Source: Rhizodiscina lignyota (taxonomy: Eukaryota). Taken from it: a stretch of DNA of 31,782 nt. The translations under genes and the position numbers were made by a program. Shown piece after piece: positions 1 through 10,576 of this stretch. The notes below the pieces were generated by a model. That model made no database searches. It was not told the DNA's origin and was given only the letters and a program-made list of their open reading frames with translations. Position 1 is the stretch's first letter. Each line of letters starts with the position of its first letter. The stretch spans positions 558,001 to 589,782 of the forward strand of contig ML978122.1 of assembly GCA_010015805.1 (NCBI GenBank). Direction: 5' to 3'.

Positions 1-632
1 GGGCGTTCGGGACGCACGAGTGATTGATCCTACTCGCAGTTGGGAAGACTGCCGCTCCCTGACCGTTGTCACCCCACGTCATTGCGTTGGTCATGAAGAC
101 GCTCATAGCAGTCTTCTCTGGCCCGGTGCGTGCATCATGCAGTTCCTGAATACGCTGCTTCTCGCGTTCAGGGATATTCGGGAAGATCTTGGACGGCCAG
201 AGTTCAGTTGGCTGGCCATGGGCAGAAGCGAGTGAAAAGAAGATCTCATGCTCGGCTGCCGTCTTGTCACAAAGAGCTTCCTCGATATCCTTCTTCAAGT
301 AGTGACCGAACGGAATGACGACCAGCGGGGACTCGGCAAGAATGCGCGTTCCGTAGGGGATATACTCTGTTGCGAACATACCGAGTCCGTGGTTTTCGGT
401 TTGGCGGATCTCGAAGACGGTGTTCGCGATCTTCATAGTTTCGAATTTTCTGCAAAGGTTAACTGAAGGCTCTATCATTGCGTTGGGCGCATATTCACTC
501 AGCATACTCTTTCTGCCACTCCGTAGGAGTGTCTCTGATGCGGAGTCTGTCCATTGTGGGACCAGCTTCACGCGCTACCTGCGCCAGGTACTCCATAGAT
601 TGAAGGTATTCATCGAGAGTAGGATCCATCAT
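1..632 (-). CDS. SET-domain (SMYD/Set5-like) lysine methyltransferase, 5' part; 3' end lies outside the window
   Basis: ATG at 632 (alternative 629) and an intron at 450..507 (GTATGC...TTAAC...CAG). The spliced frame reads ...EIRQTENHGLGMFATEYIPYGTRILAESPL...AVFPTASRINHSCVPNA, containing the SET motifs GxGxFA and RINHSCxPN. The ORF track misses it because it runs off the edge. Confidence 0.88.
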
Positions 633-1003
633 GAAAGGTAAATCGAGAGAGAGAGAAGCAGTGTCTTCCTCGGAAAGGAGAGTTGAAGGTGTGTGCTTGG
701 GAAGAGGTGGAAAGAGAATTTGAAGGTGAGGTGTTGAAAGTTTTTGCAGCCTGCAATTTACCTTGAGCAAAATTGCATCACATCCAAAAACGGAAAGCAC
801 GCGAGGAGCGGGACGCGAGATTGGCCACCATCATCACAACAACGGCCTACCACAAGAAAGTTACGCCAATTTCGAGCCATGCGCTTGACGGCCTACACAC
901 TGCTCTTTGATTTTACCCCGCTGTCTTGCCTGTGGAATCTATCCAGCCGTCTATTTGCCTACGCGTATTTGTGCCACTGCAGCTTCGGCCGGTCCGTGGG
1001 CCA

Positions 1004-3403
1004 TCAACCACCTGAGATAACCAGTTTCGCAGCCCTGATGAACGCCTGAATCTTTTCGATACTTTGCTGTCCATCCTCTTCAACACCACTGCTCACGTCC
1101 ACACCGGCTATCCTCGGCTCAAGGTCCCCAAGCTGTGCTAACACATCTCTTACATTACCTGGATTCAGGCCGCCAGCAAGCAGCACATTAACACCTTCAT
1201 CTTTCTTCAGCGCCTCTTTAACCATAGTAAGATTGAGAGATGTTCCCGTGCCGCCAATACCTGAGTCAAAGAGCGCAAGTGAATGATATCCTCTCAAGCC
1301 CATACCAGGTTCTCCTGGAGCGAACCTTCGGATGACCGGTACCGGAATAAGATTTGCCCATTCCACAGGTTCAGAGCCGTGCAGTTGGACGACATCGAGG
1401 TTCAGTAGTTTCTGCTGCTCCAGAATATACTCCAGCGGCTGATCCAGAAATACGCCGACCAGGACTGCCCGGTCTGGATGATGGAAGAAGTTACTGGCAG
1501 TATACACGTTCCAGTTCGACGCCACGCCTCGGGGATTACTCAAAGGTTTCAATTTGTTTGTGCGATGCGGTTTGGGAGTAGAGTGTACTGTCTCAGAGAT
1601 GGCAATGGCGACTTCTCTTGAGACGCAGCGCTTCCGTCCAGTGACAAGGATCATACCAATGGCATCTGCGCCAGCCTCTATAGCAGCTTTTGCTGCCGCT
1701 GGTGAACGAGTGCCACAAATCTTGACAAGCAGTTCCTGTCGTTGCTTTGTATCAGGTTTGGAGTCCCCACCAAGAAGCTCGTAGATGAATTGGGTCGTGT
1801 CTGCAGCCCGCATTAGAGCCTCTCCCACAAGCACAGCACCGACACCATTCTTCTGATAAGGTTCGACATCTTTCGGGCCGGAAATTCCACTCAAGGCGCA
1901 CACGACAGTGTCCTCCGGTACCAAGCTCATGAGGCGGCTGGTGGTATCAAGGTCTACCTCGAAGTTGGTCAAATTTCGATTGTTGACGCCGATGACTTTT
2001 GAGCCCAAATTTACGGCGATGCGCATTTCATCGACCGTGTTCACTTCAACTAACGGCTCCATGCCCAGAGCCTGAGAGTAGAGGTACAACGATTTCAGGG
2101 TTGCCTCGTCCAGCATCTTTACGATGAGGAGAACAGTGTCGGCTCCAGCAAGTCGTGCTTCCAGAATTTGGTATTCATCGAAGATGAATTCCTTCCTCAG
2201 AACTGCCGGCCTATTTCGCATTCCTTGCAGGCTTTGACGAACTGCCCGAAGGTCGTCGATGCTTCCTTTGAACCACTCAGGCTCCGTGAGGACAGAGATG
2301 ACACTGGCTCCTGCTAAAGCATACGTCCTTGCTTGTGCTGGAGCACATGCTGTGAGCGAGATGATGCCTTTTGAGGGAGATGCGCGCTTGATCTCAGCCA
2401 TTAGCGATAGCCGATAAGGTGACTGCTTCAAACGCTCAGGGAAGGATATTTGCGGAGGCGCAAGATTCAAGTCGTACGACGCTTGGAAATCCGACGGTCG
2501 TTGTGATGGGATTTGCTTCTGGGCTTCAACTGCGGCTCTGCGATGATCGTAAATGCGCTCCAGGATGGAGGTCTTCTTGTCGGAGGTACTGGACCCATTG
2601 GATTTAGTTGTGGCGCCATCGACTCCATTTGCTGCACTCGCAGATTTCGATGTCGCCTGATTCAAGCGCTCATTCTCGGCCCAGGTTCCGCCCTTCATTT
2701 TGAGAAAGTTCTTGAGCATTGTGCGCCCCTCAACCGTCAAGATACTCTCGGGGTGAAATTGGACACCTTCGACCAAAAGTTCTTTGTGACGGATGCCCAT
2801 AATAACGCCCTTACCGCCATCCGGACCCGCTGCTACCCAGGATGACACTTCTAAGCACTCCGGCAAGGTCGGATGCGTTCCTGCCAGAGAGTGATACCTC
2901 GTAACAGGGATGTCCTGTGGTATGCTCTCGTAGACGCCTTTTCCATCATGCCGGAGCGGAGATGTCTTGCCATGCAAAATCTCTCCGGTCACGTCCACAT
3001 TACCGCCAAAAACTTCATATATGCATTGTCTGGATATATAGTGAGACAAATAATCGAAGAAAGGGCTGTTGGAAAATACATACTGTCCCATGCAAACGCC
3101 GAAAACTGGAATCTTCCCGCTGAAGTGCGCAATTGCATCTTTGCTGATTCCCGCATCGGTTTCAGGATGGCCGGGACCTGGGCTAATGACAAGCTGAGTG
3201 GGTTTCAAGGCAATGAGTTCATCCAGAGTGATCTCATCGTTCCGGTATACGGATACTGTAGCTCCTTCGAGCACGAAGTATTGGTACACATTCCAGGTGA
3301 AGGAGTCATAATTGTCAATCAGCACAAGATTCGACGCAGTAGCGACCGGCGCTGCTGCAGTCGGTTGGACTGCAGTCTGGTCTATAAGGTCCAATGCCGG
3401 CAT
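1004..3403 (-). CDS. trpC: Trifunctional tryptophan biosynthesis protein (anthranilate synthase component II GATase + IGPS + PRAI), ~781 aa
   Basis: GATase motifs [31 protein letters not shown] motifs [35 protein letters not shown] motifs [24 protein letters not shown]. One 54-nt in-frame intron at 3030..3083. First ATG is at 3403 (MPALDLID). Confidence 0.97.
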   Translation of the reverse strand: MPALDLIDQTAVQPTAAAPVATASNLVLIDNYDSFTWNVYQYFVLEGATVSVYRNDEITLDELIALKPTQLVISPGPGHPETDAGISKDAIAHFSGKIPVFGVCMGQYVFSNSPFFDYLSHYISRQCIYEVFGGNVDVTGEILHGKTSPLRHDGKGVYESIPQDIPVTRYHSLAGTHPTLPECLEVSSWVAAGPDGGKGVIMGIRHKELLVEGVQFHPESILTVEGRTMLKNFLKMKGGTWAENERLNQATSKSASAANGVDGATTKSNGSSTSDKKTSILERIYDHRRAAVEAQKQIPSQRPSDFQASYDLNLAPPQISFPERLKQSPYRLSLMAEIKRASPSKGIISLTACAPAQARTYALAGASVISVLTEPEWFKGSIDDLRAVRQSLQGMRNRPAVLRKEFIFDEYQILEARLAGADTVLLIVKMLDEATLKSLYLYSQALGMEPLVEVNTVDEMRIAVNLGSKVIGVNNRNLTNFEVDLDTTSRLMSLVPEDTVVCALSGISGPKDVEPYQKNGVGAVLVGEALMRAADTTQFIYELLGGDSKPDTKQRQELLVKICGTRSPAAAKAAIEAGADAIGMILVTGRKRCVSREVAIAISETVHSTPKPHRTNKLKPLSNPRGVASNWNVYTASNFFHHPDRAVLVGVFLDQPLEYILEQQKLLNLDVVQLHGSEPVEWANLIPVPVIRRFAPGEPGMGLRGYHSLALFDSGIGGTGTSLNLTMVKEALKKDEGVNVLLAGGLNPGNVRDVLAQLGDLEPRIAGVDVSSGVEEDGQQSIEKIQAFIRAAKLVISGG

Positions 3404-3980
3404 TCTGATGGATGAACGACAGACTGAGAGGTTATGGCAAAAATGAGACGAGCAATGGAAGATCCCAAAGCTGTAAGGGGGCAATACTCATCGGGCTTGG
3501 CACGTTTAAAAAGACAAATTCAACTCGGCGACCGACTTTCCACCGCGGTTATTCCGACATCGATCCGACGCATGCAGGGGCAAGTGCGCCACTTCAAGCC
3601 CTGAAGCCACAGGTACATAAGCCCAACCATCAACCAGCCGTCTCTCATTAGGGTATTCATCACTCACTTACGTCCTGCCACGCAACATGCACGGCGTATG
3701 GCGGACGATTCCATACACCTGCCTTAGCTCATGCTGTCTGCAGCCGCCGGACAGGCGTAATCAGTGGGCTCGATCGGGAAGGTTAGAGTCGCTTCTTCCC
3801 AAATTTGTTCCGTCTGACGAGAGGCAGCTGTGGTAAGTTGCGAGATTGCAGATCGCGTAAGAGGAAAAACCCTGACATTCCTTTACTTCTACGTCTCGCT
3901 TACAAGTTCTCGTTCCCAATATTTCCGTCGTCAAGTTATCTTCTAAACTATAACTTGGTTGAAGGAAGTCTTTAATCGCC

Positions 3981-5156
3981 ATGCCGAAGCTCGCTTACAT
4001 GAAGAACGACCCATCGGTCCTCTTAACAGTCTCGCAGACAGAAGTGGATGATGATCTAATTGAACTGCTCACCAGTGCGGTTCAGAAATTCCCACCGAGT
4101 GACGCCTGGAAGTCAGTAAGAGTTGGTGTTGGTGGGATATACTGCGGTCGGACAGGAGTGGCGTATTTGTTCATGAATGTCGACAAAACAAGGCCCAATC
4201 TCGAAATCGAAGGAAAACGTCCAATCCAATGGGCCGCTGCATATTTGTCTGGCGACCGAGAGCCGGAGCCGATAACAACGTTGTCATGCGGGATCTTCAA
4301 CGAGGAACTCAGCTTCTGCGCTGTAGCCGCAGCCTTCTACAAAGACACTGCATATGTGCAGAAGCTTCTCAAATACCTAGATGAGATTGTTTCTTCGAAT
4401 GAGGGCGCATTTGAGTACTGTTATGGACGTGCTGGACTTCTCTACCTGCTTCGTTTGGTCCGGTCGTGGTTCCCCGAATCAGCAGAACTCGTTAACCCAG
4501 GGATGGACTCGGTAATTGAGAATATAATGGCGAATGGCCCACCATGGATTCTTGACATGGGAGGAACGAATGACTTCGGGACTGTACGGTACGATTTTGT
4601 CGGGCCAGGGCACGGTCGGATGGGCATAATCGTACAAATATTGCTGAGTAATTCTACGTACGCCTCGAAACTTGAATCGGCGCTCATTGAGCTGCTGGAT
4701 ATCCAACAGGAGGACGGAAACTGGCCAGACCAGTGGCCCGGATCTCAAGCGTCTGAAAAGAACCGGCACCTTGTCCAGTGGTGTCATGGAGCCCCAGGAA
4801 TGGTGCAGTGTCTCGTTGCCATTCGTGAGTTTTTCCCACACCTGCAATCGAGAATCGATGATTCGATTGCGGAAGGAAGACGAATTACTTGGGAGAAAGG
4901 GCTCTTGATCAAAGAGCCCAACTTTTGTCACGGGACTACTGGAAATGCCTTTGCATTTCCGCCTGGCGAGAAAAGAGACCATTTCTTGGCGCACACTACC
5001 GAGCAAAGAGTGCAAGAAGGATATGCCGCTGGAGCCATTGAGAATTGTGATTATGGTATAACGTGGAGTGTTGCTTTTGGAGGCATAAGCCGAGCAGTCG
5101 GCTGGCTGTGGAGGGATAAAGAGCGAGGCTGCTACCTTGGCTTTGATGACGTCTAA
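3981..5156 (+). CDS. Lanthionine synthetase C-like (LanCL) protein, 391 aa, intronless
   Basis: LanC-like GxxG barrel repeats: GIYCGRTGVAY, EYCYGRAGLLYLLR, GPGHGRMGI (catalytic His), QWCHGAPG and NFCHGTTGNA (Zn ligands Cys, Cys, His). Confidence 0.92.
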   Translation: MPKLAYMKNDPSVLLTVSQTEVDDDLIELLTSAVQKFPPSDAWKSVRVGVGGIYCGRTGVAYLFMNVDKTRPNLEIEGKRPIQWAAAYLSGDREPEPITTLSCGIFNEELSFCAVAAAFYKDTAYVQKLLKYLDEIVSSNEGAFEYCYGRAGLLYLLRLVRSWFPESAELVNPGMDSVIENIMANGPPWILDMGGTNDFGTVRYDFVGPGHGRMGIIVQILLSNSTYASKLESALIELLDIQQEDGNWPDQWPGSQASEKNRHLVQWCHGAPGMVQCLVAIREFFPHLQSRIDDSIAEGRRITWEKGLLIKEPNFCHGTTGNAFAFPPGEKRDHFLAHTTEQRVQEGYAAGAIENCDYGITWSVAFGGISRAVGWLWRDKERGCYLGFDDV

Positions 5157-6425
5157 TGCTGGAGCAGAACATTCATCCTGTATGGAAACAGTGCGGGCCC
5201 GTTCGGCGCTGGAGGGCGGAACGGCAATCCACCAGTCTCGAGCTGCATGAGGAAGACCACGTGCGGAAGCGCACCCAAGTAGTAATTGTCGAACTACCGC
5301 TCCGGCTACGGAGCGAGGACGGCTTCAGAGACTAGCGTTATCTCCATAAGAAGCTCGGTCGTCTTGCGCAAACATTATGGTTAATACAGAACATCTCCTT
5401 TGTGTCAGTTAGGACGTCCAACCGGCGCAATAAAGCACTCATATAGCTCAGTAGCTGAAAGATGACCTCGTCCCAGTTGATCGCTTCCATGGACTCCTCC
5501 GAGCCAACGAGTCTCTGCCAACCACTACACTAACATCGCCCTTCGTTACAAGATTATCTGTTCCGCGTAGCATTCCTGGACCCCCTCATAGGCTCAGAAC
5601 TCAAAGTTCGGGCTGACTATGCTCGTGAAATGGATCATATACTGCTTGATTTCCAGAGACTTGCTTTTGCAAAGGAGGTCATTGCAGAGACCACACCCAA
5701 TATTCATGAAAACGTAATTAAACGTCTCCGAAACTTGTAATCGGGAAAGGATAAATGGAGATATATCGAAATTTTGGAGATTGGCAGAATGGAGGAGGCT
5801 TGTAAGGTAAAGGAACATAAAGAAGGTCCAAAGAAAGTATAACAGCCGCGACTGAGAAGGGTTTAGCGTTGTGATCGACTTAAGATGCGCTTATGTCAGC
5901 GAGATCTTGAAACTTGACTCTGAAACTCTGTGCAACTTCGCCGGACGCATTCCAACTTTAAAATCACCCGCAGTCGCCTGACGGGCCTGCGCTCCGTATT
6001 ACATTCAACAACTTCTACAGCCCCTTCTAGCCTCGTTCTTGCTCCGCGCTTCCCGCAACAATGATGCTGAGATGTTTCCTTGTACAGTTCACGATTCCTG
6101 CTCTCTCCGACCCCTGATCAAAGGAATATTAGATGCGTGGAGAATACTGTTCTACTGGCCAACTTTATGTCAGGGTGGCGTGTCTAAAAGGGCACCCGAG
6201 CCAGTGACGATGCTATTACATTCGTCATCCGGGAGGTGTGATTCATGGTAGCCCCACTTCTATCCGTCCAGTGGGAGATGGATCATATGTCCGAAATTGG
6301 GCATATAGAGCCGGTAGTCACATGTCTGCGTACGATAAACATGTCCGTCGAGTTGAGGCAATTCGACAACGTTTTGTTGCTCGAATAATCGTCGATTGGT
6401 CGTCAACTCTCTTTTTTTAATCACA

Positions 6426-7598
6426 ATGGAGGGCCTCACGAGAACCCTTCCTGCTTCATGGTATCGCAGCGAGCCGCTGTATAAGCTCGAGCGGAGAGCT
6501 GTTTTCTTGAAGGTCTGCTTCTACTTCGCTTCCTCAGAGATGCGTTATAGTAGTATGCTAACTCAATGGTCCAGGCTTGGTACCTACTCGGACCCGTCAC
6601 GAAATTCACGAAAGTTGGAGAGGATGTTTCGTACGAGATGGCGCAGGTCAAGTTGACCGTTCGACGTTCTTCGGAGGATGTGAAGAGCATAAAGGTCTAT
6701 GCGGACGCCGATGTAGGTCTCTCTCGCGCCTAAGGGATAAAAGTGCAGGGCGATTGAGCTGTTATCGTAGGGTTCTGAGCTGCGGAGCCACTTGACGCGC
6801 ACCGGATTGCTCTTCTCTACCATTTCGGACGAAGCTGGACCCTTCGAGGAGTTCTTCCCGGACCTGGAGAAGCTTCTTGATCGCGTTGACTTCACAAAGC
6901 TTCCGCACAAGAGGAGCATCAAGTATCCAGGCGTCTTCAACTGGAAAACAATGTGAGTGTAGATGCATAGAACGTGAATCTCGCCGCTGACAGACGAAGG
7001 GTCGATGGATATCAGGAGTGCCTTCACTGCCAGTACACTCACCCAAGCTTTTCCGTGTACTACCCGCCGACAACGTATGCGGTAAAAGACTTCCAAAACT
7101 TTTCACAGCACATTGCAGATCCGGACAAGCCTGACGATGGATTGTTCTTGTACTTTTTCCCCAACTGTACTTTGAATGTGTACGGCGGCGGCATGTCCTC
7201 ATTCCGCGTCTGTCCAACCGAGGATCCCAATGTTACGCGGATGGAATTTGACTATTTCCATACGACGGACTCCCAAGAGGAGTTTGAGAAGTATTTTAAG
7301 TTCGTCCGGCAGGTCGCAATGGAAGACTTCGAGCTCTGCGAGAAAGCCCAAGAGAACCTACGAATTGGAATTTATACGGAAGGCATCCTGAACCCCAACA
7401 AAGAAAATGGCGTCTCTCGTACGTACACTAATTCGCTTGTGTGGACTCAACTGACTTCCGCATATAGACTATCAAAACAAAGTTCTCGAGCTCGTGACTG
7501 AGCAGTACAAGAAGGAAAAGGAGGCTGCGGAACCATCTATGCAAGCAGTTCCGCAGGAGATCCCCGTTCAGCCTGTTGTGGAACCTACAGGCGCATGA
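6426..7598 (+). CDS. Choline/carnitine monooxygenase-like Rieske oxygenase alpha-subunit homologue with catalytic domain only (no Rieske cluster motif), ~318 aa
   Basis: Exons 6426-6512, 6575-6712, 6771-6952, 7000-7418 and 7468-7598, all with GT-AG introns. Motifs LPASWY...LERRAVF, FNWKTMVDGYQECLHCQYTHP and EDFELCEKAQENL. There is no CxH...CxxH motif. Confidence 0.88.
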
Positions 7599-7979
7599 TA
7601 GCTGTCAACGTAGTGTTTGTGCCGTTGAGTCGATGATCCCGTGGTTCTTTCTAGTCCTTCATCCACGAGTCTGAGCATCTAATTTACGTTTCGTGCGACA
7701 GAAAATACTAGACCTTGTGGTGTTCCTGCTCTTCCTCCGCTCTCTGAATTTCCATCACGTACTTTATGGATCGCACTTCCAAATGCGGTATCCGTCTTGG
7801 CATGAGTAGTCAACAGGACCCTGGCTCAACGGTGGAGCTAAATTTGTCGATCGTATCCGCGAATCACACACTATCTTTACGTTATCTCCCACCATCTTTT
7901 TGTTTAAAGCATCTAGAAGCCTCTTTCCTACCCGCTTGTAGCTTTGTATTATCTTTCAGTTCCTGTCGATCCGCCCATC

Positions 7980-9464
7980 ATGTCGGACCTTATCGCCCTC
8001 CAGCCTCACATGATCTACATTCTCTTTGTTGTCTGCATCGCTTCAGTTTCATTGAACATCTACACGTATTTCGACAAGAAGAAAGCGAGTTCGCCTACAA
8101 ATACCACTCCACTTCTACCGCAGACCGACGATGTTGACGTTCACGTGACTAAAGAGCCAGAACTCCCATCAGGTTGGTGGAGAGATGAATCACAATTCCA
8201 ACTCGAGCGCCGCGCCATCTTCAGCAAGGTAGTGCGCCCGGTAAATTTGCCGTTGCTGCCACTGACCCATATAGACCTGGATTTGTGTCAGCCACCGTAG
8301 TCGCTTTGGAAAGCCCGGCGACTATGTCACCTTTGAGGTCGCGGGCTTCCCATTCTTTCTTATTCTCGGGAAGGATAGTGTTGTGCGAGCATTCCATAAC
8401 GTGTGCCGCCACCGAGCATACAGTGTAACCAAGAAGGCGGCTGGATCGTCTCTTGTGCTCGGCTGCAGATACCACGGCTGGAGTTACGATACAAGGGGCC
8501 GACTCACGAAGGCACCGGAGTTTGACAAAGTACCTGGCTTCGACAAGGCTCAGAACAGTTTATTCGAAATCCATGCGAGAGTCGACGCCCACGGTTTTGT
8601 CTATGTCAATTTGGACGCAAGCGAAGAAGCCGGTGACGGCGAATTGTGGGAAGTGACAAAAGTCGGCAAGCCGACAGAGATCAACCACGATTCTTGCTGG
8701 CTGCACTGCTGGGAGTTTAAAGGAAAGTTCAATTGGAAGGTTACAAGTAAGCAGAGAACCAAACTTTACTAGCTCTGGTCAACACTGATACGCAGGAAGC
8801 TCTTAATGTTGAGGGGAATACAGACGATGCATCACCTACGTTCGGTGGCCTTCCGACAAGTCGTTTCTTCCGAGCCCTTGAATCGTGTGGATACAGCATG
8901 ACAGGCCAGCTACGCTTCTTCCCTTTGGCCACGGTCTATACGAAGAACGGCAGTCCTTTTTGGTACAAGATAACCTTTTCCCCAGACTCACCAACGCAGA
9001 CAACCGTGTGGTGCGATGTGTACTCCACAAAATACACGAATGCATTCCGCTTCGAAGGCGCTGTCAAAGATGGCCTTGAGAAGGAGATGAAATCCAAGAT
9101 CCACGCCTTGGAGGAGCAATACGCAGAACTGGAAGCCTCGAACACGTTCCAGGAAGAGAGCGGTACGTTCTGTAATCAGCTGAAAGTGTCTTTGGAAGCC
9201 GCGCTAATTTCCTTTCCCTTCAGGGATCCAAGCAACGATCACTACCATGGTCAAAGAGCATTTGAAGAAGGAGAGAGCTGCAGGGGAGCAGATCCATCCC
9301 GCTGCCGTACAGCAGTGCAGGAGCTCTTCCTTTGCACAGGCAGAGAAGCGTAAGTGGAGCTTGCGAGATCCCCTCGGCACGTTACTAATTCCGTAATAGT
9401 ATGCCAGGAGCTTGATGCTGCTGGTGACAAATATCGACCGCGTGAAGACAGCTTGGCTTGGTAA
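7980..9464 (+). CDS. Rieske [2Fe-2S] oxygenase alpha-subunit homologue with N-terminal membrane anchor and degenerate catalytic domain, ~424 aa
   Basis: Exons 7980-8228, 8275-8746, ~8800-9162, 9224-9349 and 9400-9464; the second junction is uncertain (alternative intron 8740..8795). Motifs LERRAIFSK, FHNVCRHRA...GCRYHGWSY, FNWK, C-terminal LAW*. A hydrophobic stretch MIYILFVVCIASVSLNIYTYF lies near the N-terminus. Confidence 0.85.
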
Positions 9465-10576
9465 AGCTCCAGACATGCAGAGTAGTTTAAAGGAATTTCC
9501 TATGTTGCCAGCGTCTTCTTCTGGAGTTTACTAGACCTGCTCTTTTCGATGGCCAAGTCGGATGGTCATATGCCGCCTGCGGCCCCTTCAAGTGGACTTC
9601 GATTTATGAGTTTTGATGAACGGAATTGGACCGTTATTATCAATATCGAACCTTTACCATGGAGATATCGGACGAGAAAATGGAAATAGCTAAATAACAT
9701 TTCCGTTCCCTGGAATTTCCGTTCTAAGTGCGAGTCTGTTTCCTCTTTAAAGTGACTGCCGCCACGCCGGAGATCCGCCATGTTCTCAACTCCGGACCCT
9801 CCCACGCGTTCGTTTGGTCCACTTGTCGAACTCTCGAATAGCGCCACCGCTGCACTCAAATTCTTCCATGCTGTATTTTTGCTGCGCTTAGTAATCTCAA
9901 TTGGCACCTCGGTAGCATTTCTCCAAAGGCTACGGCTGAGCATGTCTTCAAGATAGCTTGGTGACATCAAGGAAGCGAACCGCATTCGGCAGTGGGCGCG
10001 CCCGCGATACCTCCTTTTGCCAGGACTCCGGTGCTCCAGCTTGGCAAAAGATAGAATAAATATGTTCTGATCTTGCTACTCGTATGACTAACGTATGTTC
10101 ACTCGTTTCGACCAATGGGGTGTATAGCGTTGCGACGGCGCAGCTGCACACCACTAACGCCTAGAATCTTTTTCTCCGATAGTGACATCACCGGGGTCAT
10201 GAGCTCCACAGCGCTCAGGCGAAGGCCTGAAAGCGTAGCAGCGGGCGAATCCTCCAATGATATCGCTTCTACCATCATCCAGCTGCAGTCGAAGTATCGG
10301 CTCATGCGAGTAGCTGTAAAGTCCGCCAGTCAAATTTGCACCCGCGGTACCACTGCACGGGCCTAAGACTGCTATGATACCAAATGATATAAAAGCAATA
10401 GGTTGACATCGTCCAGTGGGTCTCAACTTCCAAACACTCAAGCTCTCCTGCATATTTAAGTGCTTTCGATGTCCAAACTCCTCGAGAAGCTCCATCTCCA
10501 TCCAAAGCAGCACTCTAGTACCGATACACCCACATCAACTTCTCAGCCGACCTCATCCGAGCAATCTGAATCCGCA

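Noticed and set aside
3981..5156. Fungal lanthipeptide (RiPP) cluster
   Set aside because: No LanB/LanM/kinase-lyase dehydratase or precursor peptide is visible, and stand-alone LanCL genes are common in eukaryotes.
5160..6400. tRNA-like TAGCTCAGT near 5445 and short ORFs
   Set aside because: No T-arm GTTCRA or cloverleaf pairing, and the ORFs lack recognisable features.
8747..8810. Gene B as a pseudogene, because splicing GTAAGC to the first CAG (8795) gives an immediate stop
   Set aside because: An AAG acceptor at 8799 or a donor at 8740 restores the frame. Gene A intron 3 similarly skips a branch-proximal CAG, and all downstream exons are intact. cDNA confirmation is still needed.
9566..10513. 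Possible minus-strand gene between Rieske gene B and the ADH
   Set aside because: No recognisable domain and no convincing spliced model; RNA-seq would be needed.
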